DNA of 61,942 nucleotides. Source: Candidatus Eiseniibacteriota bacterium. GTDB lineage: Bacteria; Eisenbacteria; RBG-16-71-46; SZUA-252. Where the stretch lies: the NCBI GenBank assembly GCA_031370645.1, contig JANMQV010000148.1, forward strand, positions 1 through 61,942, in the 5' to 3' direction. The translations under genes and the position numbers were made by a program. Positions 52,641 to 61,408 of the stretch are shown here, piece by piece. Every line of letters starts with the position of its first letter. Within the stretch, counting starts at the first letter, position 1. The notes under the pieces are model-generated. The model had not been told where the DNA came from. It did no database searches and saw nothing but the letters and a program-made list of their open reading frames with translations.

Positions 52641-54194
52641 ATGTCGCTCGACGAGCCGATCTCTCGACGCGTCTTTCTTCACCGTGGCGCCCTCGCCTCC
52701 GCGGCGGCCTTGGCGGCCGCCGGTATGCCCGGCGTCCCCTGGATTCCGGGCTCGGGGGATGCCGACGCCGCCATCATGGGGATCGGTCAGGAACTCCGCG
52801 ACATCCTCAATTTCGAGACTTGCAACCGAATCCTCACCGAATCCCTCGCCCGCGGCGGCACATTCGCCGATCTCTTCGCCGAGCAGCGCTTCACCACCAA
52901 GATCGCGCTCGACGACGGCAAGATCGAGTCGGTGACGTACGGTTATCCCCGGGGCGCGGGAGTTCGCGTCCTCCGCCGGCACCAGACCGGCTACGCCTTC
53001 TCCGACCAGATCGACTTCAATTCCTTGCTCGACGCGGCGCGTGTGGCCTCCGCCATCGTGGAGAACCAGAGCCCCGTCACGCCGATCGATCTCACGAAGC
53101 GAGAGATCAACCCGGCGTTCACGCTGGCGGCTCCGGCCCCCCTCATGAACGAGGCGACGAAGTTCGAGTTCGTGCGCCGGCTCGATGCGGCGGCCCGCGC
53201 CGTCGATCCGCGCATCGCTTCGGTGCGCGTGGAATATACCGACGACGTTCGCGACGTTCTGATGGCGACGTCGGAGGGGAATTACTACATCGACCGGCAG
53301 TACCTCGTGGCGATCAGCTGCACGCCCACCGCCGTCGAGGGCACCGAGCGGCGAAGCGGATTTGCATCGTTGGGCGGACGCGTGGATGAGAATTACTTCT
53401 CCCGGCGCTCGCCGGACGACGTGGCGCGCGAGGCGGCCGAGCAGGCGCTGGTGCTTCTCCAGGCGGGGCCCGCCCCGGCCGGCACGATGCCGGTCGTCAT
53501 CGGCCCCGGTTGGGGTGGCGTCCTCATTCACGAAGCTCTCGGCCACGCGCTGGAAGGGGACGGCATCCGGCGCGGCACCTCGGTGCTGACCGGAAAGCTC
53601 GGGACCCAGATCGGGAGCCCCTTGCTCCGCGTCATCGACGATGCGCGCGTCCCGTTCGGGCGCGGCTCCTATTCGATCGACGACGAGGGAACGATCGGAC
53701 AGCGAACCCTCCTCGTCGATCGCGGGATCGTGCAGTCGTACATCCTCGACCGCCAGAGCGCCGCACTCCTCGACTCGAGGTCGACGGGAAATGGCCGCCG
53801 CCAGTCCTATCGCTTCCCGCCGCTCCCCCGCATGAGCAACACCTTCATCGACAAGGGCGCGAGCGACCCGGCTTCGCTTCTCTCGGGAATTAAGAAGGGT
53901 TTCTATGCCGCGATGCTCGGAGGCGGCTCGGTCGAGACGACCAGCGGCAATTTCAATTTCGCCGTCCGCGAAGGTTATTGGATCGAGGACGGAAAGATCA
54001 CGCGGCCCGCACGCGGCGCGGTCCTCATCGGAAATTCCCTGGAGACGATGAAGCGGTTGGAAGGGGTCGGAACCGATCTCTACATCGAACCCGCTCGCGG
54101 CACCTGCGGCAAGGACGGCCAGATGCTCCCGGTCGGAGTCGGCCAGCCGACGGTCCGCTTCTCGTCCATCACGGTCGGCGGGACCGCTCTCTAG
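52641..54194 (+). CDS. tldD: TldD family metalloprotease with twin-arginine signal peptide
   Basis: SRRVFLH plus a hydrophobic stretch; HEALGHALEGD, TGNGRRQSY..P.PRMSNT, CGKDGQ..PVG.GQP. Confidence 0.92.
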   Translation: MSLDEPISRRVFLHRGALASAAALAAAGMPGVPWIPGSGDADAAIMGIGQELRDILNFETCNRILTESLARGGTFADLFAEQRFTTKIALDDGKIESVTYGYPRGAGVRVLRRHQTGYAFSDQIDFNSLLDAARVASAIVENQSPVTPIDLTKREINPAFTLAAPAPLMNEATKFEFVRRLDAAARAVDPRIASVRVEYTDDVRDVLMATSEGNYYIDRQYLVAISCTPTAVEGTERRSGFASLGGRVDENYFSRRSPDDVAREAAEQALVLLQAGPAPAGTMPVVIGPGWGGVLIHEALGHALEGDGIRRGTSVLTGKLGTQIGSPLLRVIDDARVPFGRGSYSIDDEGTIGQRTLLVDRGIVQSYILDRQSAALLDSRSTGNGRRQSYRFPPLPRMSNTFIDKGASDPASLLSGIKKGFYAAMLGGGSVETTSGNFNFAVREGYWIEDGKITRPARGAVLIGNSLETMKRLEGVGTDLYIEPARGTCGKDGQMLPVGVGQPTVRFSSITVGGTAL

Positions 54195-54196
54195 CC

Positions 54197-55543
54197 ATGG
54201 CGAACCTCACTCCTCGCGAAATCCTCGACCGCGTCCGAACCCTGGCGCAGCGCTCCGGCGCTTCCGAAGCGGAGGCCTATTTCGAGTCCGTGAACGTCAC
54301 GGAGGCTCGCGTCCGGCAGGGAGAGGTCGAATTCCTTACCCAATCATCGATCCAGGGTCTCGGCGTTCGCGTTTTCGTCGACCGAAAGGTCGGCTTTTCG
54401 TACACGAGCGACCTCCGGCCCAACGTGATGGACGAGTTGGTGCGGCGCACCATCGCGCTCGCGGGCCAGAACGCCGCGCGCGACGAGAACCGGCTCCCTG
54501 ACGAGCAACTACCGGCGCTTCCCGATCTCGAACTCTACGATGCCACGGTGGCGGGCATGCGCTCCGCGGATTTGATTCAACTCGCTCGGAAGACCGAGGA
54601 CCAGGCGTTCGCCGCGGACAAACGGGTTCAGGCGTCGCGAAACGTGGCGGCCGGAGTCGCGGTGGGCGAAATCCACTTCAGCAATACCTACTCGGCGTAC
54701 CAGAACTATCAGTCGACCACCTGCTGGCTCCGGATGACGGCGATCGCCTCGGACGGAACGATGAAGCGCGAGGGGACGTTCGAGGACCAGCGGCGCTACT
54801 TCCTCGATCTGAACACGCCGGAGCGGGTCGGCCGGAAGGTCGCGGAGCGCGCGGTGGCGCGACTCGGCGCGGCACCCGTGGCGTCGTCGCAGGCACCCGT
54901 GATCTTCGAAGCGGACGCGGCGGCGTCGTTTCTCGCCGGACTCGTTCCGGCACTGAACGCCTCGAATATGATCGAACAGCGATCGTTCTTGGGAGGGAAA
55001 TACAACCGGCCCGTCGCCTCGCCGCTCGTGACCTTGATTGACGACGGACTCCTGCGACGAGGCGTCGGGACGCGCCCCTTCGACGGGGAGGGGGTACAGC
55101 AACGACGCACCCCCCTGATCGAGGCGGGAATCCTGAAGAAGACGCTCCACACTGCGACGACCGCGCGCCGCATGAACGTTCGGCTTACCGGAAACGCCGC
55201 GCGCTCCTACGACACGCTCCCCGCCGTGGGGGTCACGAATCTCCTCCTGCAGCCCGGCTCGAGCACGCTCGACAAGATGGTGGCGGAAATGCAGCGCGGA
55301 CTCTTGGTGACCGAGTTGGCGGGCTTCGGGATCGACACCGTTTCGGGCGACTATTCGCAGCAGGTGTCGGGAAGGTGGATTGAGAAGGGCGTGCTCGGCG
55401 CGGCGGTCGAAGGCGTCACCATTTCGGGAAATCTGAACGACATGCTCCTCGGCATCGACGCGGTCGGAAAAGACATCGAGTACCGCTCCGCCGTCTCCTC
55501 CCCCACCATTCGCTTCCGCCAGCTGACGATCGCGGGGACGTAG
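54197..55543 (+). CDS. pmbA: PmbA/TldE family protein
   Basis: GLGVRV, RPFDGEG, TGNA, SGDYS, TISGNL; no HExxxH. Confidence 0.9.
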   Translation: MANLTPREILDRVRTLAQRSGASEAEAYFESVNVTEARVRQGEVEFLTQSSIQGLGVRVFVDRKVGFSYTSDLRPNVMDELVRRTIALAGQNAARDENRLPDEQLPALPDLELYDATVAGMRSADLIQLARKTEDQAFAADKRVQASRNVAAGVAVGEIHFSNTYSAYQNYQSTTCWLRMTAIASDGTMKREGTFEDQRRYFLDLNTPERVGRKVAERAVARLGAAPVASSQAPVIFEADAAASFLAGLVPALNASNMIEQRSFLGGKYNRPVASPLVTLIDDGLLRRGVGTRPFDGEGVQQRRTPLIEAGILKKTLHTATTARRMNVRLTGNAARSYDTLPAVGVTNLLLQPGSSTLDKMVAEMQRGLLVTELAGFGIDTVSGDYSQQVSGRWIEKGVLGAAVEGVTISGNLNDMLLGIDAVGKDIEYRSAVSSPTIRFRQLTIAGT

Positions 55544-55613
55544 CGGCCGTGCTCGCGGCGTCGCGGATCGCTCGGGAGGTCACGGCGATTCTCCTGCTCC
55601 TCGCGGGCGGAAA

Positions 55614-56639
55614 CTAGGCGGAAGGCGGGTCGGACGAAGGGGCGGCTTCGTCCTTCGGTGCCGCGTAGAGTTCGCCGACCGTGAACTTCTTCGGCTGGCG
55701 CACGTAGATATAGGCGGAGTTCGCGGCGGCCGCCCCTTCACTGCAGGCGGTGATGAGCAGCTTGTACTTTCCAGGATAGGTGGCGATGTCGCCGCAGGAG
55801 AAGACGCCCTTCACGTTCGTGTGCATCGTATTGTCGGTCTTGATCTGATTTCCTTCGAGTTCGAGCCCCCACTGGCGGACGATCTTCGTGTCCATCAGGT
55901 AGCCGATGTTGATCGCCACGAGGTCGATTGGAATCTCCTCCTCGGCCTCGGTCCGCTTGTTCTTCACCAGCACCGAACGGACGACTCCCGTGGGGCCCGG
56001 CTCGCCGCGAATCTCCAACGTCTCGGTCTCGAGTAGCGCGCGAATCCGCGGGGAGCCTTGGACCTCCTCGACGTAGCCGTCCATCCCCTGCCATTTTTCG
56101 AGCATGTGGATGAGCGTGACGTCGGCGACTTCCTTGAGCGAGATGGCCGCCTCGAGCGCGCTGTCGCCGCCGCCGATCACGAGAACGCGCTTCCCGCGGC
56201 AGAGCTCCGCGTCGGGCATCCCGTAGGTGACGCCCCGCTCCTTGTACTCGGCTTCGCCCGGCTTCTTGATCTTCCGCGGCTCGAACGCGCCGCCGCCGGT
56301 GGCGACGAGTACGGCCTTCGCCTCGTAGGCCCCCTTGGTCGAAGTCACGCGAATGAGATTGGCCGCGTCGTCGCGCTCGATCATCGTGACGTGTTCGCCC
56401 TCGCGAATCTCCGCGCCCATATGGTGCGCTTGCTCGACGAAGTTCCGTCCCAGCGCCTCGCCCATGACGTAGGAGTAGGAGGGAAAGTCGTGCACGGGCT
56501 TCTTGGGGTAGAGGCAGGCCAGCTGCCCGCCAGCCACCGCCGTGTCGAGGAGAAGCGTCGTCATGCGCCGCATCCGCGTGAAGAGCGCGGCCGAAAGGCC
56601 GGCCGGCCCCGCTCCGATGATGATGATTTCCCAGGTCAT
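55614..56639 (-). CDS. TrxR-like ferredoxin/flavodoxin-NADP+ reductase (YumC type)
   Basis: GAGPAG, GGQL..LYP.K..HDFP, GGGDSALE, GDIATYPGKYKLL; no CxxC. Start at ATG 56639. Confidence 0.85.
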   Translation of the reverse strand: MTWEIIIIGAGPAGLSAALFTRMRRMTTLLLDTAVAGGQLACLYPKKPVHDFPSYSYVMGEALGRNFVEQAHHMGAEIREGEHVTMIERDDAANLIRVTSTKGAYEAKAVLVATGGGAFEPRKIKKPGEAEYKERGVTYGMPDAELCRGKRVLVIGGGDSALEAAISLKEVADVTLIHMLEKWQGMDGYVEEVQGSPRIRALLETETLEIRGEPGPTGVVRSVLVKNKRTEAEEEIPIDLVAINIGYLMDTKIVRQWGLELEGNQIKTDNTMHTNVKGVFSCGDIATYPGKYKLLITACSEGAAAANSAYIYVRQPKKFTVGELYAAPKDEAAPSSDPPSA

Positions 56640-56716
56640 GCGGGCCGAGGCCTCCCAATGCGCGGAACTGCGAGCGCCGGAGAATATCACATTCGTGATA
56701 CCTTCATGGTCTGCCC

Positions 56717-57610
56717 ATGACTCGTCCTGCTTCGATCTCGCTCTCGACGGTTGGTGTTCCCCGGGTTCCGGCGCTCGCCCTCGATACCGTCTGGTTTCAG
56801 GTGGCCGGAACGCTCTGCAACCTTCGCTGCCATCACTGCTTCATCTCCTGCGGTCCGACGAACCGGAACCACGATTACATGTCTCGAGAGTCGATTCGCG
56901 GCTACCTCCGCGAAGCCGAGGAGATGGGCGCGCGCGACTTCTACTTCACCGGCGGTGAGCCGTTCCTTCACCGCGATCTGCTCGGGATTCTCGAAGACAC
57001 GCTCCGCGTCGGCCCCGCCAGCGTCCTCACGAACGGCACGCTGATCCCGCACGAGACGGCCGCGGCACTCGCCTCCCTGGCTCGCGGGAGCCGCTACGCT
57101 CTGGAGATGCGCGTGAGCCTCGACGGCTTGACGCCGGCGATGAACGATCCAATTCGCGGGGAAGGGACCTTCGAGGAAGCCATGCGCGGACTTCGCGCGC
57201 TCGCGGCCGCCGGATTTCTCCCGATCGTCACCGTGGCGCAGACGTGGAGCGATGCCGATGATGCGAGGCTGCGAGGGGAATTTCACGCATTTCTCCGCGA
57301 CGCGGGAATTCCGCGTCCGCGCGTGAAGGTGCTTCCGCTCTTCCGCATCGGGAGGGAAGAAGGAAGAAGCAGGGGCTACACGCCGACCGAGTTCCTCACC
57401 GAGGAGCACATGAAGGGCTACGACCCCTGGCTCCTCCAGTGCTCGAACAGTCGCATGGTGACGAGCCGAGGCGTCTACGTCTGCCCGATCTTGATCGACG
57501 CGCCCGACGCGCTCCTGGCGCCGACGCTCCGCGAGTCGATGAAACCGTTCCCACTCGGCCACGGCGCCTGCCACACCTGCTGGGCGACCGGCGCGTCGTG
57601 TCGCAATTGA
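56717..57610 (+). CDS. Radical SAM protein
   Basis: CNLRCHHC, FTGGEPF, LTNG, VSLDG, C-terminal CSNSR...CP...CHTC....SC cysteines. Confidence 0.92.
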   Translation: MTRPASISLSTVGVPRVPALALDTVWFQVAGTLCNLRCHHCFISCGPTNRNHDYMSRESIRGYLREAEEMGARDFYFTGGEPFLHRDLLGILEDTLRVGPASVLTNGTLIPHETAAALASLARGSRYALEMRVSLDGLTPAMNDPIRGEGTFEEAMRGLRALAAAGFLPIVTVAQTWSDADDARLRGEFHAFLRDAGIPRPRVKVLPLFRIGREEGRSRGYTPTEFLTEEHMKGYDPWLLQCSNSRMVTSRGVYVCPILIDAPDALLAPTLRESMKPFPLGHGACHTCWATGASCRN

Positions 57611-57617
57611 TCGGGCC

Positions 57618-58430
57618 ATGGTGATTCCGGTCGCGCTTCGCGGGGGCGAATTGGAAGGGGGGCTCGCGATTCTCGGCGGGCCCTACAACAATCACCTCGC
57701 GCTTCGGGCGGTTCTCGACGATGCGCGGGCGCGCGGGGCCGCGCGGATCTTCTGCCTTGGCGACCTCGGCGGATTCGGTCCGAATCCGGGAAAGATCTAC
57801 CCGCTCCTTCGCGAGTACGAGGTCTTCACCATCGCCGGGAACTACGATCGATCGCTGGCCGACCGGCTCTCCGACTGCGGATGCGGCTACACGCATCCCG
57901 ACGACAACCGCTACGCGCAGCTCTCGTACGATTACACCGATCGCCGGACTACCGATTCCGAGCGCGCGTGGCTCAGCGCGCTACCGGAGCAGGTCGCCTT
58001 CGAGCGGCGGGGACGCCGCTATCGGCTCTGCCATGGATCGCCCCGGCGGGTGAACGAGTTCCTCTGGGAATCGGCCTCCTCCGATGCCTTTCTTCTCCGA
58101 CTGGCGCGGGAGGCGGGTGCCGACACGCTCCTCTGTACTCACACCGGCATCCCGTGGCAGCGGCTTCTTCCCGGGGGCACTCGGATCGTAAACGTCGGCG
58201 CCGTGGGACGTCCCGCGAACGACGGACGGACCGGCGTCTGGTACGCGTGGCTTCCAGCGGGCTCCGATGACGCGGAATTCATCCCGGTGCGCTACGATCA
58301 CGAGGCGCTGGCATTGGAGATGGAAGCGGAGCGCCTCCCGGCTGCCTTCCTCGAAACGATCCGGACCGGTTGGTGGACGACCTGCCTCGAAATCCTCCCC
58401 GCGAAGGAGCGCGCGCGGGGCAGGCACTAA
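57618..58430 (+). CDS. Calcineurin-like metallophosphoesterase
   Basis: GGPYNN (replaces DxH), CLGDL, GNYD, DCGCGY, HGSP, THTG, NVGAVG, WWTTCLE. Confidence 0.88.
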   Translation: MVIPVALRGGELEGGLAILGGPYNNHLALRAVLDDARARGAARIFCLGDLGGFGPNPGKIYPLLREYEVFTIAGNYDRSLADRLSDCGCGYTHPDDNRYAQLSYDYTDRRTTDSERAWLSALPEQVAFERRGRRYRLCHGSPRRVNEFLWESASSDAFLLRLAREAGADTLLCTHTGIPWQRLLPGGTRIVNVGAVGRPANDGRTGVWYAWLPAGSDDAEFIPVRYDHEALALEMEAERLPAAFLETIRTGWWTTCLEILPAKERARGRH

Positions 58431-58440
58431 GGGGGGGCGC

Positions 58441-59760
58441 GTGGTTCGGGCCGTCCAATCGATCGTCGGCGAGTACATCCAACGGGTTCGCGAGTCGGGG
58501 CGAAACGCGCGTCTTTTCCTGGCCGGAATCTTCCTCATCGGACTCGGCTCGTCGGTCTTTTCGCTCCTCTTCAATCTCTACCTTCGCGAACTCGGAATCT
58601 CCGATTCACGGATCGGCCAGATCCTCTCGAAAGTCTCGCTTGGGGCGGCGGCCGCGGCGATCCCCGTGGCGCTCATCCTTCGGCGCGTGGCGGCGAGAAA
58701 CGTGCTGGTCGCCGCGGGGTCGGTGACCGCCCTCGCCTACGTGCTCCAGGCGACGCTCACCGCGCCCGAGTACCTCCTCACGGTCGCATTTCTGGCGGGA
58801 ACCGTGGTGACCGTCTTCCGGCTCTCGATCGCGCCGGTGATCATGCGCGAGTCGTCTCCGGAAGCGCGGCCGTTCCTCTTCAGCGCCTCGTACAGCGTTC
58901 TCTTCTTCTCCGCCATCGTCGGGTCAATCGTGGGGGGTGCGCTTCCGCACCTCTTTCATCTCGTTACCGACTCCAATCGTCTCGCGCTCCGCTGGTCGCT
59001 CTACGCGGCGTGCGGGCTCTACCTCTGCTCGACGTGGCCCTTTCAGTTGATGACGCCGACGCCTCCGTACCGCGAGGACGCCGCCGCCGGCGGGGCGGTG
59101 GAGGAAGGCGCGGCCGCCTCCGGACCGGAACGCGCGCTGGCGGCGTTTCGAGAACTGGCCGACATCGACTGGGGGCTCCATCTCAAACTGATTCTCCCCT
59201 CCATGCTGATCGGCCTCGGCGCGGGGCTGATCATTCCGTTCATGAATCTCTACTTCCACGACCGGTTCGGACTGGACGAAGCGGCCATCGGCGTCATCTA
59301 CGCCGTGATGCAGGGGTTCATGGTGGTGGGAAATCTCTTCGGACCCGCGGTGTCGCGGCGGCTCGGTCTCGTGGGAGGCGTCGTGGCGACGCAACTCGCG
59401 TCGGTGCCGTTCATGCTGGTTCTTGGACTCTCCGGCTGGCTCCCCCTCGTGGTCGGATCGTTCTTCCTTCGCTCGGGGCTCATGAACATGAACCAGCCGC
59501 TCTCCTCCCACTTCGCGATGGAAGTGGTCCGCGAGCGCGACCACGCCGTCACGAACAGCCTGCTCGCGCTTTCGTGGTTCGCCGCGTGGGCGATCAGCGC
59601 CGACATCGGCGGCGCCATGATCGAACGGAGCGGCTACACGACGCCGCTCCTCATCGCCGCGGCGCTCTATGTCGTGGCGTCGATCCTCTATTGGTACTTC
59701 TTCCGCGGCGTCGAAGAGGGGCGCATGCCTCGATCCGAGGTGGAAATTTCCGAGGCGTAG
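58441..59760 (+). CDS. MFS transporter
   Basis: About 12 TM in two 6-TM halves; LFNLYL and PFMNLYF repeats. GTG start at 58441. Confidence 0.88.
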   Translation: MVRAVQSIVGEYIQRVRESGRNARLFLAGIFLIGLGSSVFSLLFNLYLRELGISDSRIGQILSKVSLGAAAAAIPVALILRRVAARNVLVAAGSVTALAYVLQATLTAPEYLLTVAFLAGTVVTVFRLSIAPVIMRESSPEARPFLFSASYSVLFFSAIVGSIVGGALPHLFHLVTDSNRLALRWSLYAACGLYLCSTWPFQLMTPTPPYREDAAAGGAVEEGAAASGPERALAAFRELADIDWGLHLKLILPSMLIGLGAGLIIPFMNLYFHDRFGLDEAAIGVIYAVMQGFMVVGNLFGPAVSRRLGLVGGVVATQLASVPFMLVLGLSGWLPLVVGSFFLRSGLMNMNQPLSSHFAMEVVRERDHAVTNSLLALSWFAAWAISADIGGAMIERSGYTTPLLIAAALYVVASILYWYFFRGVEEGRMPRSEVEISEA

Positions 59761-59969
59761 CTCCCTGTAGGCGCCACGCAATCGACTGCGGCACAATGCG
59801 ATAGCCCAGTTTTACTGCGAGCCTCTCGCACCCCTCAAGTTCCGTGAATCACGTGCCGATCCTTCTCCCTGTCTGCGGATGGATCCACGTGCCGAGGGTC
59901 GGCGACGACGGATCGAGTGTGGTGGTGCGGTTGGGGTGTGGATAATCCTGCATAAAAGGGGGAAACGAA

Positions 59970-60563
59970 ATGAAGCGCAATACCTCGATTCTGTTTTTGG
60001 CTTCGCTCCTGGTCGCTTCGGTCGCGCTTGCTCCGGTGGCGATGGCCGGCCCGGTCGGCACGCTCGAACTCAACGCCGGCTACAACAAGAACTCGGATGA
60101 AGTCACGCCGAGCGGCGATGCGATGGGTGGCGGAATCGGCTTCGGCGCCGCGTACTGGAAGAGCGCCTCGCCGAGCGTTTCGTGGGGCGGCGAAGTTTCG
60201 TATGACAACCTCGGTTCGGCCGAGTACACCGATCCGCTGAGCAGCGTCACGTCGAAGACGTCGGCCAACGTGCTCCGAGTCAACCCGGCCGTCCGCTACA
60301 CGTTCGGCCCGGGCGTCGGCACGAGCTTCTACGCGCAGGGCGGCGCTGGCTACTACAACGTGTCGGCCAAGTACGAAGATTCGGTCCCCAGCAGCGCTGA
60401 CACGAGCGAGGGCAAGATCGGCTTCAATTTCGGCGCGGGCGTCAACTTCCCGGTCGCTCCGACGACGAAGATGAACCTCGGCCTCCAGTACCACACGGTT
60501 TCGACCGAAGGCCAGAGCACGAACTACATCAACTTCCGCGCGGGTATCGGCTTCAACCTGTAA
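59970..60563 (+). CDS. Outer membrane beta-barrel protein
   Basis: Signal peptide, alternating beta strands (FYAQGGAGYY, GFNFGAGV), C-terminal RAGIGFNL. Confidence 0.85.
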   Translation: MKRNTSILFLASLLVASVALAPVAMAGPVGTLELNAGYNKNSDEVTPSGDAMGGGIGFGAAYWKSASPSVSWGGEVSYDNLGSAEYTDPLSSVTSKTSANVLRVNPAVRYTFGPGVGTSFYAQGGAGYYNVSAKYEDSVPSSADTSEGKIGFNFGAGVNFPVAPTTKMNLGLQYHTVSTEGQSTNYINFRAGIGFNL

Positions 60564-60581
60564 TCTCCCGCGTCACGATCG

Positions 60582-60616
60582 AAGGGGCGGCGCCTTCCCG
60601 GCGTCCGCCCCTTTTT
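60582..60616 (+). terminator. Intrinsic terminator
   Basis: AAGGGGCGG-CGCC...GGCG-T-CCGCCCCTT hairpin ending in a run of T. Confidence 0.8.
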
Positions 60617-60654
60617 CGTTGGTACCCCTCATCCGGCCGCAAGAGACGCGTTCT

Positions 60655-60692
60655 GCACGTCCGGAAAATATTTCCGCACGCCCGGTAAATAT
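60655..60692. promoter_or_regulatory. Tandem 17-bp direct repeat upstream of the putative pilin genes
   Basis: GCACGTCCGGAAAATAT (60655) and GCACGCCCGGTAAATAT (60676): 15/17 identical, period 21 bp. Confidence 0.5.
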
Positions 60693-60824
60693 GCCCGTTT
60701 TCGCCAAAGTTTCCGGTGAATCGGACGATAGATCCGTATTACGTCGGGGGCCGTAGCAGAACAACCCGCCGTGGGCAGGCTCGGTCCCACCCGTCCCGGC
60801 ACGCGATTCGGAGGTTATCGTCCC

Positions 60825-61388
60825 ATGAGCATGCGTACCCTGTTCCGTGGCGCCCTGGCGCTCTGCGCGGTCGGTTTCTGCGCGGCGAACGCCGAGGCCC
60901 AAACGCTCTCGAACATCTCGAACATCACGCTGAACGCCTCCGCGGCGCAGACCCTCACGGTCAGCGTCACGAGCGGGTCGACGGTCAATTTCGTTCTGGC
61001 CCAGGGCGCGGCGGCGGCGGGCGACGTTTCGCCGGCTGTCTCGACCTCCTGGAACCTCAATCCGGGCCTCACGGGCGCCGTGACTCTGTTCGGCTATTTC
61101 AATACGCCGTCGGCCGCCCTCACGGACGGAACGTACGACATCGCCTCGACGTACGTCGAAGGCCGCATGACGACGGGCGCCGTCGCGACGTACACCGCGT
61201 TCACGCAGACGAACGCCGTTGGCCCGGCCAGCGGTAGCCTTCTCCTCTTCACGGAGGCCGTCACGGGCGCGAACAAGATCAAGACGCGCAGCGACAACTT
61301 GGACCTTCGGATCAATCTCGCGTCGAGCCCCACCGTGCCGGCGAGCACGTACACGGGCACGCTTCGCATTCAGGCTCGGGCGCTCTAA
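60825..61388 (+). CDS. Secreted Thr/Ser/Ala-rich beta protein, putative fimbrial subunit
   Basis: Signal peptide ending AEA-Q; C-terminal ASTYTGTLRIQA strand typical of chaperone-usher pilins; SD GGAGG. Confidence 0.65.
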   Translation: MSMRTLFRGALALCAVGFCAANAEAQTLSNISNITLNASAAQTLTVSVTSGSTVNFVLAQGAAAAGDVSPAVSTSWNLNPGLTGAVTLFGYFNTPSAALTDGTYDIASTYVEGRMTTGAVATYTAFTQTNAVGPASGSLLLFTEAVTGANKIKTRSDNLDLRINLASSPTVPASTYTGTLRIQARAL

Positions 61389-61408
61389 GAGCAGACTCGG
61401 AATTTCCC

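Noticed and set aside
55549-55617. Short hydrophobic ORF after pmbA (VLAASRIAREVTAILLLLAGGN)
   Set aside because: Only 22 codons, no SD and no recognisable motif.
59850-59895. CACGTGCCGA repeated twice, and GGCAC motifs suggesting a sigma54 promoter upstream of the beta-barrel gene
   Set aside because: The GG-N10-GC spacing is not met on either strand, and a 10-bp GC-rich repeat alone is weak evidence.
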